Assembly (NCBI GenBank): GCA_964199315.1
Contig: OZ116709.1
Span: 12,834,001-12,898,000 of the forward strand
Source: Orbicella franksi
Lineage: Eukaryota
DNA: 64,000 nt
Direction: 5' to 3'
Every line of letters begins with the position of its first letter. Position 1 is the stretch's first letter. Under the pieces are notes generated by a model. That model did not search any database and had not been told where the DNA came from. It was given only the letters and a program-made list of their open reading frames with translations. The position numbers were made by a program, and so were the translations under genes. Shown here one piece after another: positions 40,801 through 52,800 of this stretch.

Positions 40801-43800
40801 AATCTGTTCGTCGAATTTTCTTCACAATGCAAGGGTATATACCAAAAACACCTTCAGAAAAAGTCATCGACAAAAAAATTTATTTTGACGGTTAGAAAAT
40901 CTTAAAGCGGTTTTGGTAGTTCAAGAGGATTTTTCTTTTATAAAAACAAAAAAATCGTTTCATTTCTCTTCGCATCTACTTAATCCACGGATGAAAACGC
41001 TTGGTCAGCGGCAAGGTTGCATGGCAACATGAAGTATTAACACTAAGGCATGCTGGATAGCAATTTTATTTTCAAAAAAAGTCACTCTCTCTTATCGGCT
41101 GTAGCTGATTCGGAACTCACTTGTAACTCTTCTCTCGTACTTACCTTTGTTTCTCTTATCCAGGCCAGCATTGCATCTAACCGGTGTGACTTATCCCCAG
41201 TTCCCACCTCCATGTCGAATTTCATCTTCACCCGACTGCGGCCCTGGGGCGAGGCTCCGCTGTCGTTCGAGTCTATGAAGAAAACAAAAGTAAGAAACGT
41301 AACTTTCACCTTAGCACTTCTCCAAAAAATTCCAAAGCCGACATTTTGATAGTATCCCTGATTTGGTATCTTCTTTTCTTACCGTCATCTAATCCCTCTG
41401 CAGACATGATGCGAGCAACAGTTGTTCTAGTTTCTGTTGGGGTACCCCCTGATGAGCGGTAGGTTCTCTTAGTAATTGTAATGACTTTCCTTCTTGTCTT
41501 CACCCCCTCCTCGTCGGGATAATCTGAAGTAGGTGTTGTTTCCTCTGTGGACACAACAGTTTTCTCCACAGGTAACTCCAGTTTCATTTTCTTGCCGTCT
41601 GATGTGCTGAAAGTCTGGTAAGTGAGAACTTTAGTGGACCGTGTTTCCAGACGATCTTTCATCTCAGACCAGCGCCTCTCAATGGACTGAACTCTACAAA
41701 GAGACGGAATACACGGCAGCTTAAAGGAGCTCAGTCACGTTATTTTGAGTTATTTTGGCCACGTACAAAATTACCTTTAAATTAGAGGAAACCCAAAAAT
41801 AAAAGTTTACTAAGATAGAAACACAACAAAGAGATAATAATAAACCATAAAGGAACAAGGATGGTGCGCAAACTCTGACGTACATGTAGCTGCTCTAATG
41901 GCAGGTTAAAGAACGCTTAGTTTTTACTACAACAAAGCTTTCACGACGACCTGGTTTCGAATGATCTCAGATCTGTCTTTCCGTTTACACAGAAAGGATG
42001 AAACCGGGATAGAAGCTATTCAGTTTAGCCGAGAATCGTTAACTTCTAAAACCGAATTAAACAGGATTTTCTATGACTCCGAAACAAAATGCTATGTTCC
42101 CGGATGAATCACTGTTTTATCCTAGTAAGAATGTAATTGGTAAATTATCAATGTAAGATGTAATACATGTAAGTCAATATTTCCAAATTTAGTACATGTA
42201 GGATAACTTTGCAGTTTTTTTTACAAGTGTATGTTATGTACTGTGTTTTTGTCACCAATAAAAGTTTACAAAAGAAATCACTGTGTTGTTCAAATATGAA
42301 ACCCTTGTAGTTTAAACGTCTTACGAATCTGATTGTCCTAACGTCACTGGATCCGGAAACGTTTATTCTACCCTCAAGTTATTTAAGAAATCAAGTTGTG
42401 ATCAGCAACAATTGCTACAAGTTGAACGAGAAAACCTACATGTACTGCTATCGCTGAAGCCAAAGAGGAAACCAACGGTGATTGAAAAAGTAAAACTCGA
42501 TCGTAATTTTTACAAGTCTGAATTACCAAGTTGCCGGATATAGACTTTCTTCTCACTTACTTGATTCGGAGTTCATCTGCTCGGGAGTAGCGACCAGCAA
42601 TTAAGATGTCTACACCAGAGATCATGTGCTTGATACTGGACTCGAACATCTGCAGGAATTGTGTCAAAGACAATTAACAGAACGCGATCCACTGGTACCC
42701 ACAAGAACAGCAAGTTTAATTTTAACGATAGGGTACTTGTACTTTCAAAATAACGTTTACGATTGTAACAATCTACACTTTTGCACAAGGAAAATTCAAT
42801 CTACTTCCCGATGAAATGTTTTATACCCAACAGAACTTCTTTCGTTGAAATTTTGAGTCCTTTCCTTCATGTGTGTAATCATCCTACTCCAAAGCACAGT
42901 GACTGCCGGGGAGAAGGACATGAGGGATAAAAATACACTCCACTTACCACGAGGGACTTTTCAATCTGGTAGAAGTGTTTCCTTCGCGTATCGTTGTCAA
43001 TGGTATCACCAACTTCCTCTTCCTGTGATTAGGAACAAGTGAAAAGTGTAACTACGTACGAGTCAATTCATTGAACAAAATAAGGGAAGCGAGCAAACAA
43101 ATGAAAACCACGCCTATCAGCAAAAAGATATTCAACAGGTGAACATTAACACACACCCTGCCATTTCTGGAAAAAGTATTTTTTTTTTTTCAAAATTTCT
43201 GTTTATACAGCCCATTGCTTTAAGTTTGGTAATGAGGCACTCCCACGTTAGTTTTCATATGAGGGGTTCTGTGCTAATCAGATGAGATCTTTTGTTGTAT
43301 GCCTGTACAGTTTGCATAAATTCCGGGGTATAAATACATCTGTAACGTTCCGCATGAGTGGTGCGATGAATGGCTCGGGCTCCAATGCTTTCAGGCAAGA
43401 CATTTTCCTCCCACACTACCACTGCTATCCCAGGAGTATAACTATAAACGTTAGGACAAACTGACTGAATGCTCGGGAGAGACCTGCAAGGGAGCAAGTA
43501 TGCCATCCAAGGAGGAGTGGCAATTCTTAGCGTACAGGAAATATGGCCTGCTCCCAATTAGCCGGATTTTCAGATAGCCCGAGTGCGTCTACTTGACCTC
43601 GTTTCTCCCTCCTCTCAAGGAGTGAGAGTGAGTGACCTTAGACCGCTGGGAATCAGGCTAGCTCCCAGTGTGAGGCTCCATTCAGAAGGATGTTAGCAAT
43701 GTTCCTTGTGATACTGAGATCAGACCGGTTAGACGACGGAAATGAAGAGCGATCTTGGTCATTCAACCATAGCCCTTCTTCTTGATCCCGCTCATGACAA

Positions 43801-46800
43801 GAATCTCAGTTTTACAATGAACTTACTGATTTGATCCTTTCCTCGATGTCATCCAATGAAGCGTCAACAAGTGTTGCCTGGTAACAAAAATAAGACCATG
43901 AGATGTTAAAAACAAAACCCAATGACCGACTACTGGACTACTGGTACGGTAACGCGAAGGGCATGGGTTCAAATCTCACTGAAGCCCCACAATTTACCAA
44001 ACTTCTAAACAAGGATGATGAAATTTTTCACTTTACTGGATCCACAGTTCACACGATTTCACTCATATACAATAAATGGCGCTAAATCAGGTTTTTATAT
44101 CTATTCTATGTCCAATAGTTGAGTAACTCTCAGTCCCTATCGACTGACTCAGATCTGTAACCATTACCAACAAATTGTAATCTGAGTTTTCAGAAGTCGC
44201 TCAAAACGTTTCGTTAACATATGCACTCCACAGGGCAAGTCCTGCTATTGTCTTTCTGTTGTGTACTTAACTCTTACAAGCGTTAAGATGGGTGTTGCCC
44301 AACTTTTGGAGCAGCGAGATAAAAGGGAGCCAACCCTATAATGGAGTAGCATTCCATCCAGAGGGAGTGGTACTACAGGTATTCTCCTTATGTATCTACC
44401 GAAATGGTAATTAGAAGCTAGCCTGGTGAGATGCCAAGCTTGTAATGAAAAATACAATTTTACTTTTCTACAACCAAAAATTTTTGTACTGACCTCTTTT
44501 TGAATTTTTTCTGCCACTTGATACATCTGTTCAAGCCTGAAGAGTTACCAATACAAGCAAGTCATTGGTAAGAGCATCCTGACAGAAATCCCTCTCAAAC
44601 ACTGTTAATAATGGCCAATTTTGACCATTCTATCTTCTATGACATTTTTTTATTTCATGCATTTTTTTTTCTGAAGTTTAATTTTTTTGATCACAATAAA
44701 AGTAGAAATCAGCTTAACCCGGCCTATTCAACAGAAAAACAAAGTTCAACATGTGACTAACCTGGTTAGCTCAATTCTCAGTGACTTGTTGTAGTTATCC
44801 TGTGTCTCAACAAGCTTTGACCATGACTATCACAAAAACAATTAGGCTCAGTACACAACAAATGCATATTTTAACGTTTTAAAAATATAAGGTGGATCCA
44901 AACCCTACATACAGAATTTTTTAAACTTCGCCAAAAGTTGCGTCTTATCATGCTTATCCAAATTTGATAATACAAATACATTTCACGATGCCGTTTTTGA
45001 ATTATAAGCTGCAATTAAGGGTGTTTTTAGCAGTTCATACTGTTGCTATGGTAACCTATTATGTCACAAAAATGATAACAATGTGTTCACCAATGATTGG
45101 GCAGTTTTTTGATACCATGATTGTAGCATCAAGTGATAAAGAGTGGTTATAATGACCCATCAAAATCTAAGTGTTGGAAACTGTTTTGAGTCACCTTATA
45201 AGCTAAAGAGAAATCTCTGGAAAATTTCAAAATTGGACTATGACCTCATAAATCTATCTATGACCTTATAAATCTATCTATGACCTTATAAATCTATCAT
45301 TATGTTCAAACTATTCAATGTAGTTTTCCTTCTAATAAGTATTGTTTTCATTGTAACTAGGATTGTCATTAGGATGTAAAATTTCAGAGTCTATTTTTAC
45401 TATTATAATAATACAGTTTTGTAAGTAAGGCCTGATGTTCTATTACCATTTAGTGTAAATCTACTAGCGTTCTATCGTGAATGCCATTCTCTGATTGGCT
45501 ACACTACTCACTATCTATTCTGTGATAGATAGTAGCATAGCAATGTGCCCTTGATAACAAAATGACAGCCGCTTCTTAGCCTTTTCAAAGTGTCTGTGAA
45601 GAGGATTTGGATAAAGTTTTGAGCAGCTTTCAGATTTATGCTAAAACAATTAAATTATTCGCTCTCAATTTCTATCGTGTGATAGTTGACGAGGGCGCAG
45701 CCTGAGTCAACTATCACACGATAGAAATCGAGAGCGAATAATTTAATTGTTTAATATAAATAACTGTGCACAAGTCACTTGAAAAAAGGCAGTTCTCACC
45801 ACTTCCAATTCCCTGGGACTACATTCATAAGGAAACTCTAGCCAGGTTGCCATGGGGCCATAAAGAGCCTGATGGACAAATTATGAAAGCATAATGTTAC
45901 TATTCATATTTTTATTGCAGTATAGAGACAACTGGTTTAAAATTGTTTTCTAATGTACAGCTGTCTTGTGTAGTTTGGGGCCATCAGGCAGATAGGTGAT
46001 TTGATTGAGATGTCCAAACAATCTAAATTTGAAGTACATTACATGAATACAGAAACCAAAACAATTTCCTCAGTTGATTGCCTAGACTAAACATCGTACC
46101 AATGGAATGACTGACCCTTGAAGCCTGACACAAAGCCTTTAACTGAGCAAATGTAAGCTCGTGTCAAACGTTTATCAAGTATCATGGGTTTGCCCAGTTG
46201 AAATAAAGATTTGATAAAAGATCTAATTTTTTTTGCTTGCCTCGATCATTAGTTTTGCTGGTTTGCTTACAACTTCAAGGTTATCAACATCATTTAAATT
46301 AGTTCTTCAAACTCCTTGACAGAGCAGGAAAAGCAATCATTTTGTTTGTGGCATCCAAACAGTGTGCACAGGTCTGCATATATGTTTAAGTTCTGAGATA
46401 ACCATACCTGGAGTTCACGGAAGACCATTTTCAAAGAATGCCTAGAGGCTTCCATGTCAGGAAATTCACCAATGCGATAACGGTTGTAATCAACTATCAG
46501 CTCCTGAAGAAGTTACAAACAAGAAATATTTCATTAGGTCATTAAAGTGCCAATGAAGTAAAAAATAATTCCTGCTTGTTTGAAAGGCTTTTCAAAGTAA
46601 AGAAGAATGGCATTTTCCTTTCTGGAATGTCTCTTTTCATTTTTAGAGATATTTACGTTTTTTGTAAGGAAAGTGATGACGTCATAGGTGGTTCCACTAA
46701 AACAGCACAACACTCAATCGAGAATAACTCTAGAAATATTAAAGCAGAGTTCTTTAAACTTGGCACCAGAAATGTACATCACAAAAGAAACAGAATGACA

Positions 46801-49800
46801 TCCGTCGTGCCATTGCCATGACAACAGTTATGCCGCTGGTCCTGTTTTAATTAAGACTAAAATTTCCAGATTTTATCTTAAACAAGGATCATCCACCCCC
46901 ACCAATCTAATGGGGAGAGTTAAGACAATATGGGAATCATGTGTGTTCTGAGCAAGACCCTCTGTCCCACCTTAAAAGGTTGCAAATGGGGATATTTGGT
47001 TTTTCACAGAATGAGACTGGAGCCAAGAGTGTTGCCATGGCAACAACATAGTAGGTGTCATTCTGTTTCTTTTGTGATGTACATTCCTGGTGCCACGTTT
47101 GAAGAACACTGCTTTAATATTTCTAGAGTTATTCTCGATTGAGTGTTGTGCTGTTTTGGTGGAACCACCTATGACGTCATCACTTTCCTCATTTGCATAA
47201 TACAAAAATGTGAATATCCCTAAAACAAAAAAAGATATTCCAAAAAGGAAAACGCCATTCTTCTTTACTTTGGAAAGCCTTTCAAATAAGCAGGAATTAT
47301 TTCTTACTTCATAGGCACTTTAAAATACAATTTAAACTTGCACCAACCAACCTTTATTCCTTGGACAGTCTTTGGGAACCTCTGTTTTTCCAGTCTTTGT
47401 ATGACTCTGTTAATTTCCACCACAAGCACCTTTGCCAGGTTACAGTACTCTTCAAACTTAAAGAGCTTTTCCTACAAAAGAGAATAGGACAGGAAATGCA
47501 TTGTGCATGAAATCTGAAATGACTAAACAATACTTATTAGAGATTGCATCCATTAAAGTGCAGTTTGATAATTTTTGGCATTAAAGCCACGGGATGGAAA
47601 AAGAGGTTGGAATAACAAGATCTTGTGAACTTCTTGTTCACATTTACAACATATACACTTACATTATCATGCAGTGCTTCCTGAACAGTGGGCTCTTTTG
47701 GAAATATTTCGTACAGTGAGGAAACATAAGTCATAACTGACTTTTCATCTGGATGGTCTGTGTGAACCAAGTCTAACACAAAAAGAAAAAAACAGGTGAG
47801 TAACTATAACAAAAGATTTGTCATGGCAGACTCCGGGTAGGAATCTAATCTACTAACCATAAGACAATCTCACCTTAAAATGCTTTCTTAGAAGCAATAC
47901 ATGTACCTCATTTAATGAAGTAATAATGGGACAATGTTAGAGAGCAACGCTAGACACAAGACACAAGGAGGATTTGGGCTCAAGGTTGCATTTGATGTAT
48001 ACATGTACCTAAACACATGACATAATTATATTGACCTTGGTGGTATGAGATACACATATTGACAAATAATTATTCATTCCTTTTTTTTAACCTTCAACAT
48101 CCAACAGCCTAGGAACACCAAGTTCTTTCTCTGCAACATGAAATGAGTACTCCAGATTTTGATCAGGGCTTGCTTTATTCAGCTTTGAAAAGTCCACAAG
48201 ATCTGGCCTATCATTAGGCAAAAAATATCATTAATTAAAATATCATTAATTATTACAATGAACGTTGGCAATGTTTCCAAGAATTTTGATGTGTATTGAA
48301 TGTGGTAAGCTCTAGTGACTTCATCACATAAACAGAAACTGTCACTTTCTTTCACTTTTATTAGTTACCTATATCTGTGGATAATTGCATTGAAAGCTAG
48401 GCCATCTTTCCATGATGAGGTAAAGTTTCCAACTTCCACTGAAGGGTACCTGGAAAAAATTTTTTTTTCTGATCAATTCATTACTTTTAGAGTCAGAATC
48501 TTTAACACCTAAAGAAAAGACATGCTGATATCAAACAAACAGTAAGCAGTTTTTCATTCAATCAACAAGCTAATCCATTAACAAAAAAATTAAATACCCT
48601 TTCTACTGTAACTGGATAAAACTTTTCAACTTAAGGAGGAGGGGCATTGGGGTATATTAGAAACTGCAAAACCGAAGGAAAAATTATCCAAAACCGCAAA
48701 AAAAATTCGACCAAAACCGAAAACCGTATACAACACCGCCAAAAACCAATACAATAGTGACAAGTGGGGCATACAGAGCAAACTATACTAACACTAATTT
48801 TATCAAAGTATTTGTGAATGTCATGGACTTGTCTGAAGCCTTCGTATCTTTTAGTATCATTTAGCTTCTGCAGGCTTCTCTCTTCCCTTTTCACTTTAGA
48901 TCTAAACATGTTTTGCTTTCAAAAATTCTCACCGTCTTTCACCCCCTCCTCCTTAAAAAAAAAAACGCAACACAATCCACAATTGCTTCTTCCGTTGCTG
49001 GCACGGAAGGTACGATGACCAAATGATTGCTCTGGTCTGCGAGGTCAAAGTCTCAGGCGTCATTCAAGATGTGTGATCCCCTACCATGACATTTAGTTTG
49101 TCACGCATTCCACTCAATAACTTTGGCATTTCACGGCTACCGGAACCCAAATAGGACAAAATAGGAAAAACCAAATACCACATTGGATACCAAAACCAAA
49201 AAACATGAAAACTGAAAACCAGATGCTAAAAAGCGAAAAATCTACAAACCGCAATGAACACAAAAACCGAAAAACTGAAGTCTTTTGGCACAAAAACTGA
49301 AAAACCGATCTAAAAAACAGCCAAAACCGCAAACCGAAAATCCCAATCCCCCCTCCTTAAGCCCAGTCCCCTTTTCACTTTCAGAAGTCTTTTTTTTGTA
49401 CTATCTCATTATTTATTAATATCTAATAACTTACCTTATCAAATAATCAACCATGTAAAGTAAACCTTGGCACCTTTACCAAACTTTCATATTTAGACAT
49501 TTTTCCAACATACTTTACGCTTAATTAAATAATTTCTGTGCAACCAATAACCAAGGCTACAAATAGAATGATCAATAAAAAGCTATAATTTGCAAAGGCT
49601 TCTACTGTTCCAGCCAATTGCTTTGTAGTTGTCAACAAATACTTCGACTTGTTAGAGTTTGGATCTCATAAAGTGCAAATTCAGTGGAATATTAGTTTCA
49701 AGCATTATAATAGGACTGTGAAAATTGCATCATTGTGATTGGTTGAAAGAAGGGAAATTCTTCGTTCATTTTCAATTCCTCAGTCATATAAGAAATGAAT

Positions 49801-52800
49801 AACAGTATAAAAGCTCCAGCAAGCAAGGATTTACACAAGTTATGGCATTTGAAAATTCTTTCAAACAGTACTCACCTAAAGGCTGATGCAATATGGAGAA
49901 AATTTGCAAATGTCACTTCTAGTGTAAATCCTTATTTTACTTGCATTCATCTGATTACCTTATATACTAATCTTTCTACAAAGAACTGCAGTTACTCACG
50001 ACTGATTCATTCATTCATTTATGCAGTTACCGGTAAACCCTGCTATCTCAACCTGTTAAGGGCACTAAGATAGTTTGAGATGTCGGAGAATTTAGATAGC
50101 TGATAGCAAGTGCCTTAAATAGTGGGGGTTTCATTAAAGTATTCAGCAGGAAGGCAATTGGTTTTCACAGGCAGACTCGTTTTGAACTTGCTGCTATCTG
50201 GAACTCGAGAACTGAATGATACCATTTTCTCTTGGATATACTTTAGTTCATGATAATATTTCAGGAGTTTCATTAACGGCCAGGCATGGGGCAAATTGAC
50301 CAGCTTTGAGGACAAGTTTGCCTGCCTGGTTTGACCATCTAGAGGAATTTTTTCTTTACTTAGAAGTTCAGTTTGAGATAACCAAGTTTTGAGATAACCA
50401 GGTTCTATTGTATATTTTCTGATGTACATACACATAATCACTCTGGAATACATGCAGATAAAGATTTACATAGAAATAGAGCCAAAACACAGCATACCCC
50501 TGAGTTACTTTCTGTGCCCACAGGAGAAGTGCCTCTTTGGCTGTCATTTGGTCCTGTTTTCCAACAACTTCCACCTCTGATATCTACATATATTAATACA
50601 GTAGCAAGTCAGTACACAACATATGTTTGGGAAACAGGTTTTAAAATCATTGAAGTAATGGTTGGAAGCATTTTCAATCAACAACCGTGTACATGTACTG
50701 ATAGGTGGAGTGGGTTAGATATAGCCTGGAATCCCATAGGACAGACTTATATTTGTACAAGGATCTTGCCTAAACTTCAAGCTTACATGAATGGAATGCT
50801 GTTATAAACTAACATCAAAATTTATGAAGATACATGTAAAAAGTCTCTACAGTAGCAATATAATATAAAGAATAAAATGAACCACAGTTGTGAACTTTAA
50901 TGTCACTCTTTTAGAGATTTCATGACCTCAACAAGTTTAAGAGGATCATTATATGTGTGTAAAGGATTTGGAATCCAAGATGGAGGGAGGTGGGGCATTA
51001 ATATTTTTGGAAGTTCACCGCAACCCATACATATTTACCATTAATTTGTATCTAACCTGGTAGTGCAAGATGATTGTCCATATCAACCCAAGGGTAAGTT
51101 TGGGATTACCATCCACAATGTCTTCGCTTCGAATGTTCACAAGTTTAACCTGAAGTTACAAAAACACCAGTGACATCGAGTTTTGTGTGAGGACTACAGA
51201 AGTGAAGGGAAAGTTGACAAGATCTTGTTCACGGATGTGTACTATACTGGAAAGCAAGGTGGGAAGGGTATTGCACTGTTTTATTTTGGGCTACTGAAGC
51301 TCATAGTTCTTGTGTTTTGTTTAGGGACTACATGTATGTAGGCATTTTACTTCACTGTGTCTTTTTTCACCTAAATAAAAATTCATTTTCTTGTATACCT
51401 GCTGGGACTGAAGAAACTCCAATGCAGTCTGGACATTCTGAAGTCTGTGAAATCGTAACTGACCTCTTTCTCTTGGCTAAAAAAATATATAAGAAAAGCT
51501 TTTTATTACATGCATGTATTAAATAAACAGCTGGATCACTTAAAATCAGTGAAAAGAAAAACACAAATCAAATTCTGCAAGAATGAAAAATGCCATGGAA
51601 TCACAGTCATGCTTTTTGATTAGTGTTCCACAGCTGTTAAACAACACCTAAGTTTTCAACCTCATACAGAAATGTGGCCAATACAATCATGTTGATTACA
51701 CAAACTTCCTTTTGGTTAAATCTGCAAATGGGTCAGCCATACCCCTGAAACTAATTTCAGTTTTGCAGCATAAGCAAGTTACAGAGCTCTCCAAGTAATT
51801 TATTGCCAGTATGTGGGATTGCAGATGGCATTTAACCTGTAGTCATACATGGTGTCGGCAAAGGAATCACCTCACTAATGTGGGTGACCTAAAACTACAC
51901 TGTATGAGCCTAAAGATAACGATATGAAAAATGTTTAAAGCCGTGAGAGAATTTCAAACCCCTCCTTAGGCCGAAAATGTCTCGGCATAATTATTATTCT
52001 ATCCCAATTTTGGAACACCAACTCCCTTGACCTCATGAAAGACAAAGGATCCTTCTAAAGGAAGATTTGTAAGCTTAAAATACTTGAAGATCTTTGATGA
52101 TAATTTTGACAATCGTAAAGAATTATGAGCAGGATTATCTTGAAGATCTCAGTAATCTTCAATAGAATCTTCAAAAACTCCTCACCAAGATCTTCAAAGA
52201 TCTTGAAAAATTTTTGGCAAGGATTTGGTACAGTCAGTACATTTAAATAACAACATTTAGCTGATGGTATAGTGGTAAATAGCTATAGACACCTGTATAC
52301 CAGGGAAAACGTACCAAGTTAGTTTTACAAAGAAGCTCTAACAGTAGTAAAAGATTATTTCCATCTCGAAGTTCTTCATAAAGATCCAAAATTCTCACAT
52401 TAACCTAAGGAGAGAATTCAAAATGATAAGAGGTAAATTTCATCTGGATATCTTACACATCAATATTACTGGAGAAGTACATGTACATGATCTCTCTTTG
52501 ATTTATATGACCCAGCAGAGGAAAATATTGTAAAATGGCAGATTTTGAAAATAATGTTGACTTGTAAATAACCTAGCTAGCCATATAATAACTCTCCCCT
52601 GGATCAGTGGCAATAGGTCCATAAGTGATATATGTAATATAGGTCCATAAGTGATATATAATATAGGTCCATAAGTGATATAAACTGCTCCAATAATGTT
52701 CTCATTTCTTTCCTCATTACAATTGTTCCATTACAGCAGTATTAAACACCAAGTTAACATGCAGTGTACCTTTGTGTAACTATTTTTTAAATTTAATAAT

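Noticed and set aside
41720-41870. TTAA|AGGAGCTCAGTCACG, a Kolobok-like left end
   Set aside because: No matching right terminus found, so the element boundaries cannot be supported.
46576-47205. Pair of homologous ORFs on opposite strands
   Set aside because: They are artefacts of the inverted arms of the MITE.
49876-49920. Strong donor TAG|GTGAGT within the CH2 intron
   Set aside because: No frame-preserving acceptor found; the flanking CH2 exons join perfectly.
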